Positions 15,776 through 24,084 of a stretch of 37,212 nt of DNA are shown here, piece by piece. The notes below the pieces were generated by a model. It was not told where the DNA came from. It ran no database searches and saw nothing but the letters and a program-made list of their open reading frames with translations. Source of the stretch: Candidatus Campbellbacteria bacterium CG22_combo_CG10-13_8_21_14_all_43_18 (GTDB lineage Bacteria > Patescibacteriota > Minisyncoccia > Phycocordibacterales > GCA-002724975); assembly GCA_002771565.1 (NCBI GenBank), contig PCTS01000034.1:877-38088 (forward strand), written 5' to 3'. Position 1 is the stretch's first letter. Each line of letters starts with the position of its first letter. Position numbers and translations under genes: made by a program.

Positions 15776-17567
15776 TTTTTTTAAAAAAAAGAAAGAGGAG
15801 GAACCCTTGACGCCGATTCTTCCGAAAGAGATATATGAATCCGGGGTTTTGGAGCTGAAAGATGTTATCGCGCCGAACGCTCTTAAAATAGGACCGCGGG
15901 AGCTTAATTTGGGAGACAAAATTGTCAGAACTTTTTTTGTCATGTCTTACCCGAGATTTCTTTCGGATAACTGGTTTGACCCCGTCATAAACCTGGATAG
16001 AGTTTTTGATGTCTCCATTTCAATAGAGCCGATAGAAACGGCCAATGTCTTGAGAAAATTTCAAAAAAAGGTGGCCGAAGTGGAAAGTCAGATAAGCGCC
16101 AGAGAGCAAAAGGGTTTGGTCAGAGACCCGATGCTTGACACGGCTTACAGAGATCTGGAGTCCTTGAGAGACCAGCTTCAGCAGGCCACGGAAAAACTTT
16201 TTGATGTCGGCCTCTATATTTCAATCTACGGAGAAACGAAGGACGAGTTGGACAAAATTGAAACGGAAATAAAGCAAATTCTGGAATCAAAACTTATTTA
16301 CATCAAACCGGCTCTCTTCCAGCAGGAACAAGGCTTTAAGAGCGTTATCCCTATCGGCAAAGACGAGCTTGATGTTAAAAACAAACTGAATTCTTCGCCT
16401 CTCTCCAGTGTCTTCCCTTTCATCTCCTTTGACCTAACCTCAAACAAAGGCGTTCTTTACGGTATAAACAGGCATAATTCCGGATTGGTTTTGTTTGACA
16501 GGTTCTCGCTTGAGAACTACAACTCGGTAACCTTCGCCACGGCCGGAGCGGGAAAATCGTTTGCCACAAAACTGGAGATACTCCGAACGCTGATGTTTGA
16601 CGCCGATGTCATCGTTATAGACCCGGAGTCGGAATATAAATATCTTTCCGAGGCAACCGGCGGCAGATTCTTTGATATTTCCCTCTCCTCCGGACACCAC
16701 ATTAACCCCTTTGACCTGCCTCCGGCCAGAAAAGACGAATCTCCGTCGGATGTCCTCCGGTCAAATATCATAAATTTGGTCGGTCTGTTCAGGTTGATGT
16801 TGGGAGGGCTTTCTCCGGAAGAAGACGCCACCGTGGACAGAGCCATCACGGAAACATACGCCTTAAAAGACATCACCCCGGAATCGGATTTTTCCAATGT
16901 GGAGCCGCCCCTTTTGTCCGATTTTGAACTCGTCCTTTCAGGAATGGAAGGAACGGAATCGTTAGTCCAAAGACTTTCAAAATATACCAAGGGAACCTGG
17001 TCGGGTTTCATCAACAGGCCGACCAATGTGGATATAAACAACAGATTCGTCGTCTTTTCCGTCAGAGATATGGAGGACGAACTCAAACCGGTAGCCATGT
17101 ACATCATCACCAACCATATTTGGAACACCGTCAGAAAAGAACTCAAGAAGAGGCTCCTGGTCATTGACGAGGCTTGGTGGATGATGAAATCCGAGGACAC
17201 GGCTTCTTTTATCTTTTCTCTGGCCAAGAGAGGCAGAAAATATTATCTTGGTCTTTCCACCATTACCCAGGATGTCGGGGACTTTCTGAAGTCCCAATAC
17301 GGACTGCCGATTATCACAAATTCCTCAATCCAACTTCTCTTGAAACAATCGCCTTCGTCCATTGATCAGGTTCAAAAAACCTTTAACCTGACGGAGGAAG
17401 AAAAATATCTCCTTTTGGAGTCGGCGGTTGGGGAGGGAATATTCTTCGCCGGCCTCAAGCATGTGGCCATAAAAATCATTCCCTCATACACGGAAGAGCA
17501 GATTATTACATCAGATCCCTCGCAATTATTAGCCATTCAAAAAGAAAGAGAAAAATTGGATGGATAA
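15762..17567 (+). CDS. VirB4/TrbE-like type IV secretion ATPase
   Basis: 601 aa. Walker A is ATAGAGKSFATK and Walker B is RLLVIDEAWWMM, and the C-terminal motif is GLSTITQD. The N-terminal domain carries RTFFVMSYPRFL. It overlaps the upstream gene by 14 nt. Confidence 0.85.
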   Translation: MGILDFFKKKKEEEPLTPILPKEIYESGVLELKDVIAPNALKIGPRELNLGDKIVRTFFVMSYPRFLSDNWFDPVINLDRVFDVSISIEPIETANVLRKFQKKVAEVESQISAREQKGLVRDPMLDTAYRDLESLRDQLQQATEKLFDVGLYISIYGETKDELDKIETEIKQILESKLIYIKPALFQQEQGFKSVIPIGKDELDVKNKLNSSPLSSVFPFISFDLTSNKGVLYGINRHNSGLVLFDRFSLENYNSVTFATAGAGKSFATKLEILRTLMFDADVIVIDPESEYKYLSEATGGRFFDISLSSGHHINPFDLPPARKDESPSDVLRSNIINLVGLFRLMLGGLSPEEDATVDRAITETYALKDITPESDFSNVEPPLLSDFELVLSGMEGTESLVQRLSKYTKGTWSGFINRPTNVDINNRFVVFSVRDMEDELKPVAMYIITNHIWNTVRKELKKRLLVIDEAWWMMKSEDTASFIFSLAKRGRKYYLGLSTITQDVGDFLKSQYGLPIITNSSIQLLLKQSPSSIDQVQKTFNLTEEEKYLLLESAVGEGIFFAGLKHVAIKIIPSYTEEQIITSDPSQLLAIQKEREKLDG

Positions 17568-18096
17568 GGAAGAAAGAGAAAGACATAGCCTGGGCCGCAA
17601 AAAGAAGAGGGTTCGGATGGGCGCGGCCTTTTTGATGATTTTTCTTGCCCTGGCCTTTGACGCTCTCCAAGCCTTATTGCTTTTTCTTTTCGGTACGGGG
17701 CTCTTTCTTAATAGAATAGTTACCATTGTGGCCTGGGCCATTTTCGCTTTTTGGTTTTGGATGAAAGATGTAAAAATCTTGAGCTTTGAGAGCAAGGGTC
17801 TTTCAAAATTTATCCCCGGCGCCGTTTCTTTCGTTTCTGAAATGGTGCCGGTAATCGGCGCCCTTCCCGGCCTGACCGCGGGAGTTGCGGTTATTATAAT
17901 GATAACTTACTTTGAGGATGAAACCGGGCTTAACCTAAAAGAAGTAACGGGCGGAGTTTTTCCGAAAGTCGGCGGGGCAACGGGAGAAAGAATTCCGGCT
18001 AGGAACAAGGAAGGCGGGCGAGGTATAATTAAAAGCGCCGACGGACGAGAGAGAGCGCTTAAAAGAAATTCAGGAAAAAGAAGGCCGGCAAGTTAA
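17560..18096 (+). CDS. Hypothetical 4-TM membrane protein
   Basis: 178 aa with four hydrophobic segments. It overlaps the virB4-like stop by 8 nt, which suggests translational coupling. Confidence 0.6.
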   Translation: MDKEERERHSLGRKKKRVRMGAAFLMIFLALAFDALQALLLFLFGTGLFLNRIVTIVAWAIFAFWFWMKDVKILSFESKGLSKFIPGAVSFVSEMVPVIGALPGLTAGVAVIIMITYFEDETGLNLKEVTGGVFPKVGGATGERIPARNKEGGRGIIKSADGRERALKRNSGKRRPAS

Positions 18097-18100
18097 AGAG

Positions 18101-19072
18101 ATGAAAAGATTTCCAGCAATATTTTTAATCATCTTCTTTCTGCCGCTTTTGGCGGTAAGGGGGCAGAGCTTGGAAGAGTCGGGGGAACTCGTTCCGGCTC
18201 TTTCTCCCGAGGCGCCAGGGCCCGGAGAAAACCTAACCATTAGAGTTTCCTCTCCGGATGTTTCCCTGGCGGGCTTTTTAATTTTATGGAGAGAAAACGG
18301 GGTTTTGAAAAAAGAAGGGGTGGGAGAAACTCTTTATGAGACCAAAACGGGACCGGCGGGCTCTGTCCTGAACATTTCGGTTTCCGCCCGCAGGGCAAAC
18401 GAGTTTCTAAGCAAGGAAATAAGTGTCAGGCCGGCGGAAGCCAGTCTTGTTTGGGAGGCGGATGTTTATACTCCGATGTTTTACCAAGGAAAAGGTTTAG
18501 CCTCCCACCAGTCCGAAGTCCGCTTTGTCGCTTTGGTTGATATGTTTGACAATTCGGGCAAAAAGGCCTCCCCGCAAAATATTTTTTACGAATGGTCGGT
18601 CGGAAACAAAGTTGACAAGGGCCGGTCCGGCTTAGGTAAAGATACTTTCCGATTGCGCGGAGAGATTGTTTCAAGAAGCAAAGACGTTTTGCTTCTGGCT
18701 TCTTTGCCGAACACGAACATCAAAGCCCGCGCCGGAGTTTTGCTTGATTTTGTCGAGCCGGAATTGTTGGTTTACAAAGAAAACCCGCTCTCGGGATTGA
18801 GAGAAAGCGAGGTCGCGAGGTCCGTACCCATAGAAGAGGGAGAGGCGACATTTGTGGCCGAGCCGTATTTTTTCTCTCGGGACATCTTTAACTCGGGCAG
18901 GCTTGCTTTTGATTGGAGGGTGGGGGGGAGAAAAATTGAAAACCTCAAAACCTCCAACAAAATTACCATCGGCGGAGAGAATAAGGGAAGTTCCGCCGTC
19001 TCGGTTTCCGTTTTGAACCCCGTCTCTTTTTTACAAAAAGCTTTCGCTTCGTTTAGTGTTGTTTTAAGATAA
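18101..19072 (+). CDS. Secreted hypothetical protein
   Basis: 323 aa with signal peptide MKRFPAIFLIIFFLPLLAVRG. The composition is beta-rich and I recognise no motif. Confidence 0.6.
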   Translation: MKRFPAIFLIIFFLPLLAVRGQSLEESGELVPALSPEAPGPGENLTIRVSSPDVSLAGFLILWRENGVLKKEGVGETLYETKTGPAGSVLNISVSARRANEFLSKEISVRPAEASLVWEADVYTPMFYQGKGLASHQSEVRFVALVDMFDNSGKKASPQNIFYEWSVGNKVDKGRSGLGKDTFRLRGEIVSRSKDVLLLASLPNTNIKARAGVLLDFVEPELLVYKENPLSGLRESEVARSVPIEEGEATFVAEPYFFSRDIFNSGRLAFDWRVGGRKIENLKTSNKITIGGENKGSSAVSVSVLNPVSFLQKAFASFSVVLR

Positions 19073-19092
19073 GCCCCGAAGATAAAATCATT

Positions 19093-19506
19093 GTGAAGAA
19101 AAAAATCGGAAAAAAAATGTTTGTCTTTTTTATAGTCTTTTTTGCGGTTTGGTCTTTCTGGAATACGGCTTTCTCCCAAGATACTTACGACCCCATTTCT
19201 CCCGACCTGCCGATTGAAAGCCTGCAGAAAGGAAGGGTTCCTTCTTTGGGGGAGTACCTGAACGAGATATTTACTTTTACTTTGGCCATAGCGGCTCTGC
19301 TGGCGGTTATTCGGATAACAATGGGGGGAATCACGTATATGACAAGCAGTAGCGGCGGGGCAACGGGAGAAGCTAGAGAGACCATAAAGTCCGCCGTTTT
19401 GGGGCTTCTGGTTATCTTGGCCACCTATCTCATCCTAAACCAAATAAATCCGGACATTTTGAGATTCGATATCGGGGGAAGAGAGGTTAATGAAATAACG
19501 AAATAA
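19093..19506 (+). CDS. T4SS pilin-like protein (TrbC/VirB2-like, CPR pilin type)
   Basis: 137 aa with a GTG start (alternative ATG at 19117). A signal peptide is followed by two hydrophobic helices separated by GGITYMTSSSGGATGEARETIKS, the hallmark architecture of VirB2/TrbC-type pilins. Confidence 0.6.
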   Translation: MKKKIGKKMFVFFIVFFAVWSFWNTAFSQDTYDPISPDLPIESLQKGRVPSLGEYLNEIFTFTLAIAALLAVIRITMGGITYMTSSSGGATGEARETIKSAVLGLLVILATYLILNQINPDILRFDIGGREVNEITK

Positions 19507-19531
19507 GAAAATTTGACTCTGATAAAAGACT

Positions 19532-20794
19532 ATGAATAAAAAATTTTTGCTTATTATAATAATCGCGGTTATAGCGACCCTTGGGTTGTTGTTTTTTTTG
19601 AGAGCGAGCCAAAGTCAAGACGGCCCGGATGATTTTTCCGCCGACGAAAAGAACCCCATCTTCGGCGGGAGCGGAAACCGAAATGAAGACGGTTTGGCCG
19701 GAGAAGAGAGCGTCGAAGAAAAATCGGAGTTCGGTTTGGGGGGAGGAAAAAATCTCCCGCGGCTCCGAAAAATCACTTTCAAGGAAATATCGGGCTTTGG
19801 GCTTTTTGGGAATAAAGGAACAACAACCATTCGTTTTGTTGACAAAGAGTCCGGTAATGTTTTTGAAACGAACACAAAAACCTCGGAAACAAAAAGAATA
19901 ACGAATACGACCATCTTGCGAACCGTCAATTCCTGGTGGTTTGATGAAAGCAGGTTTTTATTAAGATATGTTGACGAAGAAAACAATATTCAAACTTTCT
20001 CGGCGGAAATACAAAAAGAAGCGGAAGACGGAGCGCTTCCTCTCTCCGGAGTTTTTCTTGACAGCGGAATAAAGAGCTTGAGCGTCTTCGGCCAAAATGT
20101 TTTTCATCTTGAAGAGGGAGGGGGAAGCCGGGGAATTGTTTCTTCCTACGGAACTCTAAATAAAAATGTCGTTCTGGAAACCCCGCTTGAAGAAATCATT
20201 CCGATTTTCTACGCCCAAAATAGCCTGGCCGTCGGAACAAAACCCTCTTATCTGTCGGCCGGTTTTATTTTTTTGCTAAACACAAGCACCGGAAATCTGG
20301 AAAAACTTTTGGGAGGAGAAAGGGGGTTTTACGGAAACATTCTGAATGAGAAGGGGGATGTTCTCTTCAGCCTAGGCAAAAATACCGGAGTATCCCTGTG
20401 GTTTTGGGAGAGAGAGAAGAATAAAAGTTTGAAGCTTTCCAAAGAAACTTTGGTGGAAAAATGCGCCTGGAGAGAGGAAGAAAAATCGCTCTATTGCGCC
20501 GTTCCGGAAGATACGGGCTTCATCGGTCTGCCGGATATTTGGTATAAAGGACTGGTTTCTTTTTCCGACAGTCTTTGGAAAATAAATGTTGAAACAAACG
20601 AATCAAAGCTTCTGTCGGATCTCAACTTGGAGTCCGGAGAGCGGGTGGATGCCCTTGAAATCAGGTTGGATGAGGGCGGAGAGAACCTCTTCTTTGTAAA
20701 TAAAAAAGACGGAACACTCTGGTCTTTAGTCCTGGAAAAAAAGGAGGTGGAGGCGTTCGGAGCGTCTAATCGGGGAATTCCTGAAAGCGAATAA
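19532..20794 (+). CDS. N-terminally anchored hypothetical protein (possible beta-propeller-like ectodomain)
   Basis: 420 aa with an N-terminal TM (FLLIIIIAVIATLGLLFFL). This is the last gene of the operon. Its 3' end overlaps jag by 29 nt in convergent orientation. Confidence 0.6.
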   Translation: MNKKFLLIIIIAVIATLGLLFFLRASQSQDGPDDFSADEKNPIFGGSGNRNEDGLAGEESVEEKSEFGLGGGKNLPRLRKITFKEISGFGLFGNKGTTTIRFVDKESGNVFETNTKTSETKRITNTTILRTVNSWWFDESRFLLRYVDEENNIQTFSAEIQKEAEDGALPLSGVFLDSGIKSLSVFGQNVFHLEEGGGSRGIVSSYGTLNKNVVLETPLEEIIPIFYAQNSLAVGTKPSYLSAGFIFLLNTSTGNLEKLLGGERGFYGNILNEKGDVLFSLGKNTGVSLWFWEREKNKSLKLSKETLVEKCAWREEEKSLYCAVPEDTGFIGLPDIWYKGLVSFSDSLWKINVETNESKLLSDLNLESGERVDALEIRLDEGGENLFFVNKKDGTLWSLVLEKKEVEAFGASNRGIPESE

Positions 20795-21227
20795 TAACCC
20801 TTCTGCTCGGCCCGAAGCCGACGGACTCCGTTTTGAGGTCCGAAAAATCCGCAAAAGTTGAGTGAACTATCATTCTCTCATAGGATGTCATCGGATTCAT
20901 TTCAACGTCTTTCTTAAAAAACCGAGCTCTTTCTCCTAAAATGACGGCTTTATTTTTGATGTCTTTTATCCTGTTGTTCTGGTAGTCTCCGATATCAATA
21001 AAATAGTTTTCCCGCCCTTCTTTCTCTTCGTCCCCGGAGAGTATTTTTTTGAGAAGATGGCTTAATGAAAGCAGAGTCTCTCCTTTGTTGCCGATAAGCA
21101 AAGCCGCCTCGGGTGTGATGATGACATATCTCGGGGTGTCGTTAAGATGGCTGTCTTTTTTTTCAACCGATTCAAATTCCACACCGAGTTTTTTCAAAAA
21201 CTCTTTGATTTTATCCGTTTTGTCCAT
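20766..21227 (-). CDS. jag: Jag/KhpB-like RNA-binding protein (KH + R3H domains)
   Basis: 153 aa. It has the KH-like segment LIGNKGETLLSLSHLLK and the R3H-like segment MNPMTSYERMIVHSTF...ESVGFGPSRRVII. It sits in the conserved position downstream of yidC. Confidence 0.8.
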   Translation of the reverse strand: MDKTDKIKEFLKKLGVEFESVEKKDSHLNDTPRYVIITPEAALLIGNKGETLLSLSHLLKKILSGDEEKEGRENYFIDIGDYQNNRIKDIKNKAVILGERARFFKKDVEMNPMTSYERMIVHSTFADFSDLKTESVGFGPSRRVIIRFQEFPD

Positions 21228-21957
21228 TTTTATTTTTTTGATTTGAGTTTCTCCTGGCGTAAAGCTCTTGTCCTATCATAAAAACGTTGCTGGTCGTCCA
21301 ATAAAGAGCCACGGCCGCCGAAATGCTCCAGGCGATAAAGAATATCAGAACCGGAAAAACATATTTCATCTGCAAACTTAAACTCCTTTGAAAATCCGCT
21401 CCCAGGCCGCCCGCTTTTTTATCCGGTGTTTTGGGGCCGGCGAGCCTGGCTTGGAAAAACTGGCTTATGCCGGCCAAAGCCGCTATAACCGCGCTTTTTT
21501 CCGAAACATTAATCAGCCCCAGGAAAACCATTTTTATGTTTGCCGGAGCGGAAACAAAAAAATACAAGATATCTTTATTTACCTCCGGAAAGCCGCCCCG
21601 CAGAAAGATAAAATAGAGGGCGAAAATAATGGGAATTTGAATAAATATAAGAAGTATTCCGGAAAAGGGATTGATTCCTTCTTCTTTATATAAAGCCATT
21701 GTTTTGACAGCTTGTTCTTGTTTGTCTTTATATTTTTCTTTTATTTCTTGAAGTTTCGGTTCTATTTTTTTGATAGCCACCTGTGTTCTAACCTGTTTTT
21801 GAGAGAGAGGAAAGAGAGCTAGTTTGACCAGAAGAGTAAAAAGAATGACCGCAAGCCCTAAGTCAAGCCAGGGGAAAACATCCAAGAGAAGAATTAGGCC
21901 ATTGTAGAGAGGGTTATAAAAAAGAGTGTTAAAAAGGTTTGCAATCACACAAACCAT
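21211..21957 (-). CDS. yidC: Membrane protein insertase YidC (short, Gram-positive/CPR type)
   Basis: 248 aa, multi-TM, with PLSQKQVRTQVAIKKIEPKLQEIKEKYK and NPFSGILLIFIQIPIIFALY typical of the YidC/Oxa1 core. It is part of the rpmH-rnpA-yidC-jag synteny. Confidence 0.9.
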   Translation of the reverse strand: MVCVIANLFNTLFYNPLYNGLILLLDVFPWLDLGLAVILFTLLVKLALFPLSQKQVRTQVAIKKIEPKLQEIKEKYKDKQEQAVKTMALYKEEGINPFSGILLIFIQIPIIFALYFIFLRGGFPEVNKDILYFFVSAPANIKMVFLGLINVSEKSAVIAALAGISQFFQARLAGPKTPDKKAGGLGADFQRSLSLQMKYVFPVLIFFIAWSISAAVALYWTTSNVFMIGQELYARRNSNQKNKNGQNG

Positions 21958-21979
21958 TCTACACCAGGATTTTCCAAAA

Positions 21980-22219
21980 CTAAAGTCTCTTTAGGAGCTC
22001 TTTTTTAAGCTCTTCGATTTTTTTATGAAGAATTTTCTTTCCGGCATAGACAATAATCGTCTCTTGGGGGAATTTTTTCCCAAAAATATCCGCCAGAGCC
22101 GCCCGCAGTCTTCTTTTAATGAGATTGCGCTCCGTTCGGAGAGGAAAAAGTTTTTTGGGAACAATAATATGAAAAGAGGGTTTGGTTCCCGGCCTTTTTG
22201 AAACAGAGAGCGGCGACAT
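21980..22219 (-). CDS. rnpA: Ribonuclease P protein component (short form)
   Basis: 79 aa with the RNR-like motif ERNLIKRRLRAAL. It lies 9 nt downstream of rpmH. It is shorter than the usual protein of about 115 aa. Confidence 0.75.
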   Translation of the reverse strand: MSPLSVSKRPGTKPSFHIIVPKKLFPLRTERNLIKRRLRAALADIFGKKFPQETIIVYAGKKILHKKIEELKKELLKRL

Positions 22220-22228
22220 AGTTTGAAG

Positions 22229-22363
22229 TCAAACGGAGAGTTTTTTCCTCCCTTTAGACCTTCTTTTGGAAAGAACTCTCTTCCCGGACGGGGTGCGCGA
22301 TCTTACCAAAAATCCGTGGGTTTTTTGTCTTTTTCTTTTTTTAGGGTTGTATGTTTTAGACAC
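22229..22363 (-). CDS. rpmH: 50S ribosomal protein L34
   Basis: This gene is not in the ORF track because it is too short. The minus strand from the GTG at 22363 translates to [44 protein letters not shown], followed by a stop. This is a canonical L34 sequence. Confidence 0.92.
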   Translation of the reverse strand: MSKTYNPKKRKRQKTHGFLVRSRTPSGKRVLSKRRSKGRKKLSV

Positions 22364-22477
22364 GGAAAGCTAACTATATTTTTAAAAGGGCGGCTGTCAA
22401 GTTTTTTTCATGAAAATAACCGCTCTTTTACACACATTATAAACACCTTGTTAACACAAAGCAATGTTTTTGACAAG

Positions 22478-22505
22478 TTGGGCAGTCTTCTTAAAGAGAT
22501 ATAAT
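22478..22505 (+). promoter_or_regulatory. Putative dnaA promoter
   Basis: TATAAT at 22500..22505 lies 9 nt upstream of the ATG at 22515. A weak -35 TTGGGC lies at 22478..22483 with a 16-nt spacer. Confidence 0.4.
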
Positions 22506-22514
22506 AGCAGAGAT

Positions 22515-23861
22515 ATGAGTATGAACAATCAACAACTCTGGGAAAGCGCCATGATTGAGATTGAGTTGAGTGTTTCTCCGGCTAATTTTAAGACCTGGTT
22601 TAAAAACACCTTTGTTTTGAGGCAGGAAGAAGGGATTGTTTCCGTGGCTGTGCCGAGTGAGTTTGTCCGCGGCTGGCTCCAGAACAAATTCCATAAACTT
22701 ATAATGAAGACTTTGCGCTCTTTATCAAACAACGTCAGGTCAATAGAATATGTCGTCTCAAAAGAAAGGCCGTCTCTGAATAAAGGCCTGGAAATGGGAG
22801 CGGGTTTTGGAAAAATAGAGCTCCCTTTGGATAATTTTTTTGTAAACAAAAAAGACAACCTTAACCCAAGATATGATTTTGATTCCTTTGTGGTCGGTTC
22901 TTTCAACGAGCTGGCCTACGCCGCCGCCCAAGCGGTTATAAAAAAACCCGGAGGAGCCTACAACCCCCTTTTTGTTTACGGCCCGACGGGAGTCGGCAAG
23001 ACGCACTTAATACAAGCCATCGGAAACAAAACACGAGATACCTTTCCGAACAAAAGCATTTATTATCTGACCTCGGAAAAGTTTGTCGTGGATTACACAA
23101 ACTCCATTCAAGCAAACACCGTCAGTTCTTTCAAAGAAAAATACAGAAAACACGGGGTTATAATTATGGACGACATTCAGTTCTTCTCAAATAAAGAAAA
23201 AACCCAAGAAGAGTTGTTTCATTTGTTCAACACCCTTTATGAAAATGGCGGGCAAATAATTTTTTCCTCGGATCGCCACCCGAATTTTATCCCCGGACTG
23301 GAGGATAGACTTAAATCAAGGTTCGCCCAGGGAATGATTGTTGATATTTCTCCGCCCGACCACGAATCAAGAATTGCTATTATTAAAAAAAAGGCGACAC
23401 AGAACGGTTTTCTAATACCGGACGAAGTTGTTGATTATTTAGCTATTTCGGTTGAAGGAAGTATCAGAGAGTTGGAGGGACTTCTGAACTCCATTATCTG
23501 TCAGGCCCAGCTTAAAAATAAAACTCCGGATTTGAATGATATTAAAAATTTAGTCAAGAACAATCTTAAGCCGAAAAAGATGGTTCCGATTGAAAATATT
23601 GTTAAAACCGTGGCCGGTTATTATAATATTGAACCGGAAATTATTTACAAAAAAACCAGAAAAAAAGAAATAGTCAAGCCGAGACAGCTTATTATGTATA
23701 TTTTAAGGGAAGATTATAATATACCTTATCCGACAATAGGACAAAAACTTGGAGGAAGAGACCACACAACCGTTATTCACTCTTATGAAAAAATAAAAAG
23801 AGAATTGAAAGAAGGAAGTTCAATAATTCAGGAAATTGAACAATTAAGGTCAATGTTATAA
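22515..23861 (+). CDS. dnaA: Chromosomal replication initiator DnaA
   Basis: Walker A is GPTGVGKTHL and Walker B is IIMDDIQF. The C-terminal DNA-binding signature is GGRDHTTVIHSYEKI. I prefer the ATG at 22515 (MSMNNQQLWE...) over the ORF-track start at 22464, which would run through the promoter. Confidence 0.93.
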   Translation: MSMNNQQLWESAMIEIELSVSPANFKTWFKNTFVLRQEEGIVSVAVPSEFVRGWLQNKFHKLIMKTLRSLSNNVRSIEYVVSKERPSLNKGLEMGAGFGKIELPLDNFFVNKKDNLNPRYDFDSFVVGSFNELAYAAAQAVIKKPGGAYNPLFVYGPTGVGKTHLIQAIGNKTRDTFPNKSIYYLTSEKFVVDYTNSIQANTVSSFKEKYRKHGVIIMDDIQFFSNKEKTQEELFHLFNTLYENGGQIIFSSDRHPNFIPGLEDRLKSRFAQGMIVDISPPDHESRIAIIKKKATQNGFLIPDEVVDYLAISVEGSIRELEGLLNSIICQAQLKNKTPDLNDIKNLVKNNLKPKKMVPIENIVKTVAGYYNIEPEIIYKKTRKKEIVKPRQLIMYILREDYNIPYPTIGQKLGGRDHTTVIHSYEKIKRELKEGSSIIQEIEQLRSML

Positions 23862-24084
23862 CTTTGTTAAAAAACGAAGAATAAACTGTTTAAAAGTTTT
23901 ATAAATAATTTAAAAAAAACAAAACTTATTTTAATAAAAAAATAATCATTAACTTTTCCCAAAGAAATCAATAATCAAACAAAAAATAATAAAAACAAAG
24001 AAAGCCCCAAATAAAACTTATCAACCTATTCACACCCCTAATAATAGTATTAACTTTATAAAGAAATAATTTATTACCACTATT
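23862..24084. other. Candidate oriC / DNA-unwinding region (dnaA-dnaN spacer)
   Basis: This is a 223-nt spacer. By my count 23881..23940 has 5 G+C out of 60 and 23941..24000 has 11 out of 60. Only degenerate DnaA-box-like 9-mers are present (TTATCAACC, CTATTCACA; 2 mismatches each). The dnaA-dnaN position is the classical one. Confidence 0.5.

Noticed and set aside
22223-22504. 93-aa plus-strand ORF
   Set aside because: It is antisense to the unmistakable L34 gene (rpmH, 22229..22363, minus) and runs through the rpmH-dnaA promoter region. The translation has no features.
22464-22514. ORF-track start of dnaA at 22464, and a TTGACA (22470..22475) / TATAAT (22500..22505) promoter pairing
   Set aside because: The extension (MFLTSWAVFLKRYNSRD) overlaps the best -10 box and has no DnaA-like sequence. 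TTGACA and TATAAT are 24 nt apart, too far for a sigma70 promoter, so I paired the -10 box with the weaker TTGGGC at a 16-nt spacing instead.
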